Positions 24,677 through 38,900 of a stretch of 64,000 bases of DNA are shown here, in pieces. A program made the position numbers and the translations under genes. The notes below the pieces were generated by a model. It was not told where the DNA came from and did not search any database. It worked only from the letters and a program-made list of their open reading frames with translations. The stretch is taken from assembly GCA_964016885.1 (NCBI GenBank), contig OZ024744.1, forward strand, positions 21,576,001-21,640,000, given 5' to 3'. Within the stretch, counting starts at the first letter, position 1. Every line of letters begins with the position of its first letter. This DNA comes from Eledone cirrhosa. Its lineage: Eukaryota.

Positions 24677-27600
24677 CATCTTCAGACAGTTAGAAGAGGT
24701 GACAGGCACAACAGCTATGACATCTTCAGACAGTTAGAAGAGGTGACAGCAACAACAGCTATGACATCTTCAGACAGTTAGAAGAGGTGACAGGCACAGC
24801 AGCTATGACATCTTTAGACTGTTAGAAGAGGTGACAGCCACAACAGCTATGACATCTTCAGACCGTTAGAAGAGGTGACAGGCACAACAGCTATGACATC
24901 TTCAGAGAGAAGAGGTGACAGGCACAACAGCTATAACATCTTCAGACAGTTAGAAGAGGTGACAGGCACAACAGCTATGACATCTTCAGACAGTTAGAAG
25001 AGGTGACAGGCACAACAGCTATGACATCTTCAGACAGTTAGAAGAGGTGACAGCCACAACGGCTATGACTTCTTCAGACAGTTAGAAGAGGTGACAGTCA
25101 CAACAGCTATGGCATCTTCAAACAGTTAGAAGAGGTGACAGCCACAACAGCTTTGACATCTTTAGACAGAAGAGGTGACAGCCACAACAGCTATGACATC
25201 TTCAGACAGTTAGAAGATGTGACAGCCACAACAGCTATGACATCTTTAGACAGTTAGAAGAGGTGACAGGAACAACAGCTATGATATCTTCAGACAGTTA
25301 GAAGAGGTGACAGGCACAACAGCTATGACATCTTCAGACAGTTAGAAGAGGTGACAGGCACAACAGCTATGACATCTTCAGACAGTTAGAAGAGGTGACA
25401 GCAACAACAGCTATGACATCTTCAGACAGAAGACGTGACAGCCACAACAGCTATGACATCTTCAGACAGTTAGAAGAGGTGACAGGCACAACAGCTATGA
25501 CATCTTTAGACAGTTAGAAGAGGTGACAGCCACAACAACTATGACATATTCAGACAGTTAGAAGAGGTGACAGGCACAACAGCTATGACATTTTCAGACA
25601 GTTAGAAGAGGTGACAGCCACAACAGCTATGACATCTTTAGATAGTTAGAAGACGTGACAGGAACAACAGCTATGACATCTTCAGACAGTTTGAAGAGGT
25701 GACAGGCACAACAGCTATGACATCTTCAGACAGTTAGAAGAGGTGACAGCAACAACAGCTATGACATCTCCAGACAGTTAGAAGAGGTGACGAGCACAGC
25801 AGCTATGACATCTTTAGACAGTTAGAAGAGGTGACAGCCACAACAGCTATGACATCTTCAGACCGTTAGAAGAGGTGACAGGCACAACAGCTATGACATC
25901 TTCAGAGAGAAGAGGTGACAGGCACAACAGCTATGACATCTTCAGACAGTTAGAAGAGGTGACAGGCACAACAGCTATGACATCTTCAGACAGTGAGAGG
26001 AGGTGACAGCCACAACAGCTATGACATCTTCAGACTGTTAGAAGAGGTGACAGCCACAACAGCTATGACATCTTCAGACAAAAGAGGTGACAGCCACAAC
26101 AGCTATGACATCTTCAGAGAGAAGAGGTGACAGGCACAACAGCTATGACATCTTCAGACAGAAGAGGTGACAGACACAACAGCTATAACATCTTCAGACA
26201 GTTAGAAGAGGTGACAGGCACAACAGCTCTGTCATCTTCAGACAGTTAGAAGAGGTGACAGGCACAACATCTATGACATCTTCAGACAGTTAGAAGAGGT
26301 GACAGCCACAACAGCTATGACTTCTTCAGACAGTTAGAAGAGGTGACAGCCAAAACAGCTATGAAATATTCAGACACAAGAGGTAACCGGCACAACAGCT
26401 ATGCCATCTTCAGAGAGTTAGAAGAGGTGACAGCCACAACAGCTTTGACATCTTTAGACAGAAGAGGTGACAGCCACAACAGCTATGACATCTTCATACA
26501 GTTAGAAGAGGTGACAGCAACAACAGCTATGAGATCTTCAGACAGAAGAGGTGACAGCCACAACAGCTATGACATCTTCAGACAGAAGAGGTGACAGCTA
26601 CAACAACTATGACATCTTCAGACAGTTAGAAGAGGTAACAGGCACAACAGCTATGACATCTTCAGACAGTTAGAAGAGGTGACAGCCACAACAGCTATGA
26701 CATATTTAGATAGTTAGAAGAGGTGACAGGAACAACAGCTATGACATCTTCAGACAGTTAGAAGAGGTGACAGGCACAACAGCTATGACATCTTCAGACA
26801 GTTAGAAGAGGTGACAGCAACAACAGCTATGACATCTTCAGACAGTTAGAAGAAGTGACAGGCACAGCAGCTATGACATCTTTAGACAGTTAGAAGAGGT
26901 GACAGCCACAACAGCTATGACATCTTCAGACCGTTAGAAGAGGTGACAGGCACAACAGCTATGACTTCTTCAGAGAGAAGAGGTGACAGGCACAACAGCT
27001 ATATCATCTTCAGACAGTTAGAAGAGGTGACAGGCACAACAGCTATGACATCTTCAGACAGTTAGAAGAGGTGACAGGCACAACAGCTATGACATCTTCA
27101 GACAGTTATAAGAGGTGACAGCCACAACGGCTATGACTTCTTCAGACAGTTAGAAGCGGTGACAGTCACAACAGCTATGGCATCTTCAGACAGTTAGAAG
27201 AGGTGACAGCCACAACAGCTTTGACATCTTTAGACAGAAGAGGTGACAGCCACAACAGCTATGACATCTTCAGACAGTTAGAAGAGGTGACAGGCACAAC
27301 AGCTATGACATCTTTAGACAGTTAGAAGAGGTGACAGCCACAACAGCTATGACATATTCAGACAGTTAGAAGAGGTGACAGGCACAACAGCTATGACATC
27401 TTCAGACAGTTAGAAGAGGTGACAGCCACAACAGCTATGACATCTTTAGATAGTTAGAAGACGTGACAGGAACAACAGCTATGACATCTTCAGACAGTTT
27501 GAAGAGGTGACAGGCACAACAGCTATGACATCTTCAGACAGTTAGAAGAGGTGACAGCAACAACAGCTATGACATCTCCAGACAGTTAGAAGAGGTGACG

Positions 27601-30600
27601 AGCACAGCAGCTATGACATCTTTAGACAGTTAGAAGAGGTGACAGCCACAACAGCTATGCCATCTTCAGACCGTTAGAAGAGGTGACAGGCACAACAGCT
27701 ATGACATCTTCAGAGAGAAGAGGTGACAGGCACAACAGCTATGACATCTTCAGACAGTTAGAAGAGGTGACAGGCACAACAGCTATGACATCTTCAGACA
27801 GTTAGAAGAGGTGACAGCCACAACAGCTATGACATCTTCAGACTGTTAGAAGAGGTGACAGCCACAACAGCTATGACATCTTCAGACAAAAGAGGTGACA
27901 GCCACAACAGCTATGACATCTTCAGAGAGAAGAGGTGACAGGCACAACAGCTATGACATCTTCAGACAGAAGAGGTGACAGACACAACAGCTATAACATC
28001 TTCAGACAGTTAGAAGAGGTGACAGGCACAACAGCTCTGTCATCTTCAGACAGTTAGAAGAGGTGACAGGCACAACATCTATGACATCTTCAGACAGTTA
28101 GAAGAGGTGACAGCCACAACAGCTATGACATCTTCAGACAGTTAGAAGAGGTGACAGCCAAAACAGCTATGAAATATTCAGACAAAAGAGGTAACCGGCA
28201 CAACAGCTATGCCATCTTCAGAGAGTTAGAAGAGGTGACAGCCACAACAGCTTTGACATCTTTCGACAGAAGAGGTGACAGCCACAACAGCTATGACATC
28301 TTCAGACAGTTAGAAGAGGTGACAGCCACAACAGCTATGACATCTTTAGACAGTTAGAAGAGGTGACAGGAACAACAGCTATGATATCTTCAGACAGTTA
28401 GAAGAGGTGACAGGCACAACAGCTATGACATCTTCAGACAGAAGAGGTGACAGCCACAACAGCTATGACATCTTCAGAGAGAAGAGGTGACAGGCACAAC
28501 AGCTATGATATCTTCAGACAGAAGAGGTGACAGACACAACAGCTATAACATCTTCAGACAGTTAGAAGAGGTGACAGGCACAACAGCTCTGTCATCTTCA
28601 GACAGTTAGAAGAGGTGACAGGCACAACATCTATGACATCTTCAGACAGTTAGAAGAGGTGACAGCCACAACAGCTATGACATCTTCAGACAGTTAGAAG
28701 AGGTGACAGCCACAACAGCTATGACATCTTTAGATAGTTAGAAGACGTGACAGGAACAACATCTATGACATCTTCAGACAGTTAGAAGAGGTGACAGGCA
28801 CAACAGCTATGACATCTTCAGACAGTTAGAAGAGGTGACAGCAACAACAGCTATGACATCTTCAGACAGTTAGAAGAGGTGACAGGCACAGCAGCTATGA
28901 CATCTTTAGACAGTTAGAAGAGGTGACAGCCACAACAGCTATGACATCTTCAGACCGTTAGAAGAGGTGACAGGCACAACAGCTATGACATCTTCAGAGA
29001 GAAGAGGTGACAGGCACAACAGCTATGACATCTACAGACAGTTAGAAGAGGTGACAGGCACAACAGCTATGACATCTTCAGACAGTGAGAGGAGGTGACA
29101 GGCACAACAGCTATGACATCTTCAGACTGTTAGAAGAGGTGACAGCCACAACAGCTATGACATCTTCAGACAAAAGAGGTGACAGCCACAATAGCTATGA
29201 CATCTTCAGAGAGAAGAGGTGACAGGCACAACAGCTATGACATCTTCAGACAGAAGAGGTGACAGACACAACAGCTATAACATCTTCAGACAGTTAGAAG
29301 AGGTGACAGGCACAACAGCTCTGTCATCTTCAGACAGTTAGAAGAGGTGACAGGCACAACATCTATGACATCTTCAGACAGTTAGAAGAGGTGACAGCCA
29401 CAACAGCTATGACTTCTTCAGACAGTTAGAAGAGGTGACAGCCAAAACAGCTATGAAATATTCAGACAAAAGAGGTAACAGGCACAACAGCTATGCCATC
29501 TTCAGAGAGTTAGAAGAGGTGACAGCCACAACAGCTTTGACATCTTTAGACAGAAGAGGTGACAGCCACAACAGCTATGACATCTTCAGACAGTTAGAAG
29601 AGGTGACAGCCACAACAGCTATGACATCTTTAGACAGTTAGAAGAGGTGACAGGAACAACAGCTATGATATCTTCAGACAGTTAGAAGAGGTGACAGGCA
29701 CAACAGCTATGACATCTTCAGACAGAAGAGGTGACAGCCACAACAGCTATGACATCTTCAGAGAGAAGAGGTGACAGACACAACAGCTATAACATCTTCA
29801 GACAGTTAGAAGAGGTGACAGGCACAACAGCTCTGTCATCTTCAGACAGTTAGAAGAGGTGACAGGCACAACATCTATGACATCTTCAGACAGTTAGAAG
29901 AGGTGACAGCCACAACAGCTATGACTTCTTCAGACAGTTAGAAGAGGTGACAGCCACAACAGCTATGAAATATTCAGACAAAAGAGGTAACAGGCACAAC
30001 AGCTATGCCATCTTCAGAGAGTTAGAAGAGGTGACAGGCACAACAGCTATGACATCTTCAGACAGAAGAGGTGACAGCCACAACAGCTATGACATCTTCA
30101 GACAGTTAGAAGAGGTGACAGGCACAACAGCTATGACATCTTCAGACAGTTAGAAGAGGTGACAGCCACAACAGCTATGACATCTTCAGACAGTTAAAAG
30201 AGGTGACAGGCACAACAGCTGTGACATCTTCAGACAGTTAGAAGAGGTGACAGCCACAACAGCTATGACATCTTCAGACAGTTAGAAGAGGTGACAGGCA
30301 CAACAGCTATGACATCTTCATACAGTTAGAAGAGGTGACAGCAACAACAGCTATAAGATCTTCAGACAGAAGAGGTGACAGCCACAACAGCTATGACATC
30401 TTCAGACAGAAGAGGTGACAGCTACAACAGCTATGACATCTTCAGACAATTAGAAGAGGTGACAGCCACAACAGCTATGACTTCTTCAGACAGTTAGAAG
30501 AGGTGGCAGCCAAAACAGCTATGACATCTTCAGACAGTTAGAAGAGGTGACAGGCACAGCAGCTATGACATCTTTAGACAGTTAGAAGAGGTGACAGCCA

Positions 30601-33600
30601 CAACAGCTATGACATCTTCAGACCGTTAGAAGAGGTGACAGGCACAACAGCTTTGACATCTTCAGACCGTTAGAAGAGGTGACAGGCACAACAGCTATGA
30701 CATCTTCAGACAGTTAGAAGAGGTGACAGCCACAACAGCTATGACATCTTCAGACAGTTAGAAGAGGTGACAGCAACAACAGCTATGACATCTTCAGACA
30801 GAAGAGGTGACAGCCACAACAGCTATGACATCTTCAGACAGTTAGAAGAGGTGACAGCCACAACAGCTATGACTTCTTCAGACAGTTAGAAGAGGTGACA
30901 GCCAAAACAGCTATGAAATATTCAGACAAAAGAGGTAACAGGCACAACAGCTATGCCATCTTCAGAGAGTTAGAAGAGGTGACAGCCACAACAGCTTTGA
31001 CATCTTTAGACAGAAGAGGTGACAGCCACAACAGCTATGACATCTTCAGACAGTTAGAAGAGGTGACAGCCACAACAGCTATGACATCTTTAGACAGTTA
31101 GAAGAGGTGACAGGAACAACAGCTATGATATCTTCAGACAGTTAGAAGAGGTGACAGGCACAACAGCTATGACATCTTCAGACAGTTAGAAGAGGTGATA
31201 GGCACAACAGCTATGACATCTTCAGACAGTTAGAAGAGGTGACAGCAACAACAGCTATGACATCTTCAGACAGAAGAGGTGACAGCCACAACAGCTATGA
31301 CATCTTCAGACAGTTAGAAGAGGTGACAGGCACAACAGCTATGACATCTTTAGACAGTTAGAAGAGGTTACAGCCACAACAGCTATGACATATTCAGACA
31401 GTTAGAAGAGGTGACAGGCACAACAGCTATGACATCTTCAGACAGTTAGAAGAGGTGACAGCCACAACAGCTATGACATCTTTAGATAGTTAGAAGACGT
31501 GACAGGAACAACAGCTATGACATCTTCAGACAGTTAGAAGAGGTGACGGGCACAACAGCTATGACATCTTCAGACAGTTAGAAGAGGTGACAGCAACAAC
31601 AGCTATGACATCTTCAGACAGTTAGAAGAGGTGACAGGCACAGCAGCTATGACATCTTTAGACAGTTAGAAGAGGTGACAGCCACAACAGCTATGACATC
31701 TTCAGAGCGTTAGAGAAGGTGACAGGCACAACAGCTATGACATCTTCAGAGAGAAGAGGTGACAGGCACAACAGCTATGACATCTTCAGACAGTTAGAAG
31801 AGGTGACAGGCACAACAGCTATGACATCTTCAGACAGTGAGAGGAGGTGACAGCCACAACAGCTATGACATCTTCAGACTGTTAGAAGAGGTGACAGCCA
31901 CAACAGCTATGACATCTTCAGACAAAAGAGGTGACAGCCACAACAGCTATGACATCTTCAGAGAGAAGAGGTGACAGGCACAACAGCTATGACATCTTCA
32001 GACAGAAGAGGTGACAGACACAACAGCTATAACATCTTCAGACAGTTAGAAGAGGTGACAGGCACAACAGCTCTGTCATCTTCAGACAGTTAGAAGAGGT
32101 GACAGGCACAACATCTATGACATCTTCAGACAATTAGAAGAGGTGACAGCCACAACAGCTATGACTTCTTCAGACAGTTAGAAGAGGTGACAGCCAAAAC
32201 AGCTATGACATCTTCAGACAGTTAGAAGAGGTGACAGGCACAGCAGCTATGACATCTTTAGACAGTTAGAAGAGGTGACAGCCACAACAGCTATGACATC
32301 TTCAGACCGTTAGAAGAGGTGACAGGCACAACAGCTATGACATCTTCAGACCGTTAGAAGAGGTGACAGGCACAACAGCTATGACATCTTCAGACAGTTA
32401 GAAGAGGTGACAGCCACAACAGCTATGACATCTTTAGACAGTTAGAAGAGGTGACAGGAACAACAGCTATGACATCTTCAGACAGAAGAGGTGACAGCCA
32501 CAACATCTATGACATCTTCAGAGAGAAGAGGTGACAGGCACAACAGCTATGATATCTTCAGACAGAAGAGGTGACAGACACAACAGCTATAACATCTTCA
32601 GACAGTTAGAAGAGGTGACAGGCACAACAGCTCTGTCATCTTCAGACAGTTAGAAGAGGTGACAGGCACAACATCTATGACATCTTCAGACAGTTAGAAG
32701 AGGTGACAGCCACAACAGCTATGACATCTTTAGATAGTTAGAAGACGTGACAGGAACAACATCTATGACATCTTCAGACAGTTAGAAGAGGTGACAGGCA
32801 CAACAGCTATGACATCTTCAGACAGTTAGAAGAGGTGACAGCAACAACAGCTATGACATCTTCAGACAGTTAGAAGAGGTGACAGGCACAGCAGCTATGT
32901 CATCTTTAGACAGTTAGAAGAGGTGACAGCCACAACAGCTATGACATCTTCAGACCGTTAGAAGAGGTGACAGGCACAACAGCTATGACATCTTCAGAGA
33001 GAAGAGGTGACAGGCACAACAGCTATGACATCTACAGACAGTTAGAAGAGGTGACAGGCACAACAGCTATGACATCTTCAGACAGTGAGAGGAGGTGACA
33101 GGCACAACAGCTATGACATCTTCAGACTGTTAGAAGAGGTGACAGCCACAACAGCTATGACATCTTCAGACAAAAGAGGTGACAGCCACAATAGCTATGA
33201 CATCTTCAGAGAGAAGAGGTGACAGGCACAACAGCTATGACATCTTCAGACAGAAGAGGTGACAGACACAACAGCTATAACATCTTCAGACAGTTAGAAG
33301 AGGTGACAGGCACAACAGCTCTGTCATCTTCAGACAGTTAGAAGAGGTGACAGGCACAACATCTATGACATCTTCAGACAGTTAGAAGAGGTGACAGCCA
33401 CAACAGCTATGACTTCTTCAGACAGTTAGAAGAGGTGACAGCCAAAACAGCTATGAAATATTCAGACAAAAGAGGTAACAGGCAGAACAGCTATGCCATC
33501 TTCAGAGAGTTAGAAGAGGTGACAGCCACAACAGCTTTGACATCTTTAGACAGAAGAGGTGACAGCCACAACAGCTATGACATCTTCAGACAGTTAGAAG

Positions 33601-35939
33601 AGGTGACAGCCACAACAGCTATGACATCTTTAGACAGTTAGAAGAGGTGACAGGAACAACAGCTATGATATCTTCAGACAGTTAGAAGAGGTGACAGGCA
33701 CAACAGCTATGACATCTTCAGACAGAAGAGGTGACAGCCACAACAGCTATGACATCTTCAGAGAGAAGAGGTGACAGGCACAACAGCTATGACATCTTCA
33801 GACAGAAGAGGTGACAGACACAACAGCTATAACATCTTCAGACATTTAGAAGAGGTGACAGGCACAACAGCTCTGTCATCTTCAGACAGTTAGAAGAGGT
33901 GACAGGCACAACATCTATGACATCTTCAGACAGTTAGAAGAGGTGACAGCCACAACAGCTATGACTTCTTCAGACAGTTAGAAGAGGTGACAGCCACAAC
34001 AGCTATGAAATATTCAGACAAAAGAGGTAACAGGCACAACAGCTATGCCATCTTCAGAGAGTTAGAAGAGGTGACAGGCACAACAGCTATGACATCTTCA
34101 GACAGAAGAGGTGACAGCCACAACAGCTATGACATCTTCAGACAGTTAGAAGAGGTGACAGGCACAACAGCTATGACATCTTCAGACAGTTAGAAGAGGT
34201 GACAGCCACAACAGCTATGACATCTTCAGACAGTTAAAAGAGGTGACAGGCACAACAGCTGTGACATCTTCAGACAGTTAGAAGAGGTGACAGCCACAAC
34301 AGCTATGACATCTTCAGACAGTTAGAAGAGGTGACAGGCACAACAGCTATGACATCTTCATACAGTTAGAAGAGGTGACAGCAACAACAGCTATAAGATC
34401 TTCAGACAGAAGAGGTGACAGCCACAACAGCTATGACATCTTCAGACAGTTAGAAGAGGTGACAGCAACAACAGCTATGACATCTTCAGACAGAAGAGGT
34501 GACAGCCACAACAGCTATGACATCTTCAGACAGTTAGAAGAGGTGGCAGCCACAACAGCTATGACATATTCAGACAGTTAGAAGAGGTGACAGGCACAAC
34601 AGCTATGACATCTTCAGACAATTAGAAGAGGTGACAGCCACAACAGCTATGACATCTTCAGACAGTTATAAGATGTGATAGCCACAACAGCTACTACATA
34701 TTCAGAGAGTTAAAAGAGGTGACAGGCACAACAGCTATGACATCTTCAGACAGTTAGAAGAGGTGACAGCCACAACAGCTATGACATCTTTAGACAGTTA
34801 GAAGAGGTGACAGCCACAACTGCTATGACATCTTCAGACAGAAGAGGTGACAGCTACAACAGCTATGACATCTTCAGACAGTTAGAAGAGGTGACAGGCA
34901 CAACAGCTATGACATCTTTAGACAGTTAGAAGAGGTGACAGCCACAACAGCTACGACATCTTCAGACAGTTAGAAGAGATGACAGGCACAACAGCTATGA
35001 CATCTTTAGACAGTTAGAAGAGGTGACAGCCACAACAGCTATGACATCTTCAGACAGTTAGAAGAGGTGACAGCCACAACAGCTATGACATCTTTAGACA
35101 GTTAGAAGAGGTGACAGCAAGAACAACTATGATATCTTCAGACAGTTAGAAGAGGTGACAGGCACAACAGCTATGACATCTTCAGACAGTTAGAAGAGGT
35201 GACAGCCACAACTGCTATGACATCTTCAGACAGAAGAGGTGACAGCTACAACAGCTATGACATCTTCAGACAGTTAGAAGAGGTGACAGGCACAACAGCT
35301 ATGACATCTTTAGACAGTTAGAAGAGGTGACAGCCACAACAGCTACGACATCTTCAGACAGTTAGAAGAGGTGACAGGCACAACAGCTATGACATCTTTA
35401 GACAGTTAGAAGAGGTGACAGCCACAACAGCTATGACATCTTCAGACAGTTAGAAGAGGTGACAGCCACAACAGCTATGACATCTTTAGACAGTTAGAAG
35501 AGGTGACAGGAAGAACAACTATGACATCTTCAGACAGTTAGAAGAGGTGACAGGCACAACATCTATGACATCTTCAGACAGTTAGAAGAGGTGACAGGCA
35601 CAACAGCTATGACATCTTCAGACAATTAGAAGAGGTGACAGCAACAACAGCTATGACATCTTCAGACAGAAGAGGTGACAGCCACAACAGCTATGACATC
35701 TTCAGACAGTTAGAAGAGGTGACAGCCTCAACAGCTATGTCGTCTTTAGACAGTTAGAAGAGGTGACAGGAACAACAGCTATGACATCTTCAGACAGTTA
35801 GAAGAGGTGACAGGCACAACAGCTATGACATCTTCAGACAGTTAGAAGAGGTGACAGTAACAACAGCTATGGCATCTTCAGACAGAAGAGGTGACAGCCA
35901 CAACAGTTATGACATCTTCAGACAGATAGAAGAGGTGAC

Positions 35940-38900
35940 AGGCACAACAGCTATGACATCTTTAGACAGTTAGAAGAGGTGACAGCCACAACAGCTATGA
36001 TATATTCAGACAGTTAGAAGAGGTGACAGGTACAACAGCTATGACATCTTCAGACAATTAGAAGAGGTGACAGCCACAACAGCTATGACATCTTCAGACA
36101 GTTATAAGATGTGACAGCCACAACAGCTATGACATCTTCATACAGTTAGAAGAGGTGACAGGCACAACAGCTATGACGTCTTTAGACAGTTAGAAGAGGT
36201 GACAGCCACAACAGCTATGACGTCTTTAGACAGTTAGAAGAGGTGACAGCCACAACAGCAATGACATATTCAGACAGTTAGAAGAGGTGACAGGCACAAC
36301 AGCTATGACATCTTCAGACAGTTAGAAGAGGTGACAGCCACAACAGCTATGACATCTTTAGACAGTTAGAAGAGGTGACAGCAACAACAGCTATGACATC
36401 TTCAGACAGTTAGAAGAGGTGACAGGCACAACAGCTATGACATCTTTAGACAGTTAGAAGAGGTGACAGCCACAATTGCTATGACATCTTCAGACAGAAG
36501 AGGTGACAGCTACAACAGCTATGACATCTTCAGAGAAAAGAGGTGACAGGCACAACAGCTGTGACATCTTCAGACAGAAGAGGTGACATACGCAACAGCT
36601 ATAACATCTTCAGACAGTTAGAAGAGGTGACAGGCACAACAGCTATGACATCTTTAGACAGTTAGAAGAGGTGACAACCACAACAGCTATGACATCTTTA
36701 GACAGTTAGAAGAGGTGACAGCCACAACAGCTATGACATCTTCAGACAGTTAGAAGAGGTGACCGCCACAACATCTATGACATCTTCATACAGTTAGAAG
36801 AGGTGACAGCCACAACAGCTATGACATCTTCAGACAGTTAGAAGAGGTGACAGCCACAACAGCTATGACATCTTCAGACAGTTAGAAGAGGCGACAGCAA
36901 CAACAGCTATGACATCTTCAGACAGAAGCGGTGAAAGCCACAACAGCTATGACATCTTCAGACAGTTAGAAGAGGTGACAGCAACAACAGCTATGACATC
37001 TTCAGAATAGAAGAGGTGACAGCCACAACAGCTATGACATCTTTAGACAGTTAGAAGAGGTGAGAGCCACAACAGCTATGACATCTTTAGACAGTTAGAA
37101 GAGGTGACACCCACAACAGCTATGACATCTTCAGACAGTTAGAAGAGGTGACAAGCACAACAGCTATGACATCTTCAGACAGTTAGAAGAGGTGACAAGC
37201 ACAACAGTTATGACATCTTCAGACAGTTAGAAGAGGTGACAGCAACAACAGCTATGACATCTTCAGACAGAAGCGGTGACAGCCACAACAGCTATGACAT
37301 CTTCAGACAGTTAGAAGAGGTGATAGCAACAACAGCTATGATATCTTCAGACAGAAGAGGTGACAGCCACAACAGCTATGACATCTTCAGACAGTTAGAA
37401 GAGGTGACAGCAACAACAGCTATGGCATCTTCAGACAGAAGAGGTGACAGCCACAACAGTTATGACATCTTCAGACAGATAGAAGAGGTGACAGGCACAA
37501 CAGCTATGACATCTTTAGACAGTTAGAAGAGGTGACAGCCACAACAGCTATGACATCTTTAGACAGTTAGAAGAGGTGACAGCCACAACAGCTACGACAT
37601 CTTCAGACAGTTAGAAGAGGTGACAGGCACAACAGCTGTGACATCTTTAGACAGTTAGAAGAGATGACAGCCACAACAGCTATGACAACTTCAGACAGTT
37701 AGAAGAGGTGACAGCCACAACAGCTATGACATCTTTAGACAGTTAAAAGAGGTGACAGGAAGAACAACTATGACATCTTCAGACAGTTAGAAGAGGTGAC
37801 AGGCACAACAGCTATGACATCTTCAGACAGTTAGAAGAGGTGACAGGCACAACAGCTATGACATCTTCAGACAGTTAGAAGAGATGACAGCAACAACAGC
37901 TATGACATCTTCAGACAGAAGAGGTGACAGCCACAACAGCTATGACATCTTTAGACAGTTAGAAGAGGTGACAGCAACAACAGCTATGACATCTTCAGAC
38001 AGTTAGAAGAGGTGACAGGCACAACAACTATGACATCTTTAGACAGTTAGAAGAGGTGACAGCCACAACTGCTATGACATCTTCAGACAGAAGAGGTGAC
38101 AGCTACAACAGCTATGACATCTTCAGACAGTTAGAAGAGGTGACAGGCACAACAGCTATGACATCTTTAGACAGTTAGAAGAGGTGACAGCCACAACAGC
38201 TACGACATCTTCAGACAGTTAGAAGAGGTGACAGGCACAACAGCTATGACATCTTCAGACAGAAGAGGTGACAGCCACAACAGCTATGACATCTTCAGAC
38301 AGTTAGAAGAGGTGACAGCCTCAACAGCTATGTCGTCTTTAGACTGTTAGAAGAGGTGACAGGAAGAACAACTATGACATCTTCGGACAGTTAGAAGAGG
38401 TGACAGGCACAACAGCTATGACATCTTCAGACAGTTAGAAGAGGTGACAGGCACAACAGCTATGACATCTTCAGACAATTAGAAGAGGTGACAGCAACAA
38501 CAGCTATGACATCTTCAGACAGAAGAGGTGACAGCCACAACAGCTATGACATCTTCAGACAGTTAGAAGAGGTGACAGCCTCAACAGCTATGTCGTCTTT
38601 AGACTGTTAGAAGAGGTGACAGGAACAACAGCTATGACATCTTCAGACAGTTAGAAGAGGTGACAGGCACAACAGCTATGACATCTTCAGACAGTTAGAA
38701 GAGGTGACAGTAACAACAGCTATGGCATCTTCAGACAGAAGAGGTTACAGCCACAACAGTTATGACATCTTCAGACAGATAGAAGAGGTGACAGGCACAA
38801 CAGCTATGACATCTTTAGACAGTTAGAAGAGGTGACAGCCACAACAGCTATGATATATTCAGACAGTTAGAAGAGGTGACAGGTACAACAGCTATGACAT

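Larger units (their letters stand above)
9260..33330. repeat. Large re-iterated super-unit of about 10.8 kb (about 9.3-20.1 kb), repeated in shortened form at about 24.2-33.3 kb
   Basis: TGGTGACAGGATC at 9381 and 20181 (10,800 apart). GGCACCACAG at 9601/24573 and ORFs 11371/26343 are offset by 14,972 = 10,800 + 4,172. Later offsets are 13,248 (14903/28151), 13,336 (16099/29435) and 13,508 (18201/31709). Confidence 0.85.
1..34430. repeat. Satellite sub-domain A (variant set A)
   Basis: Variants seen only here: GAAATATTCAGACAAAAGAGGTAAC (last about 34007-34031), GCTCTGTCATC (last about 33870), CAGACCGTT, GTGAGAGGAGG and CTATAAGATC (last about 34391). ORF-track peptides of the MTA[K/T]TAMKYSDKRGNRH type stop after 34193. 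Confidence 0.9.
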
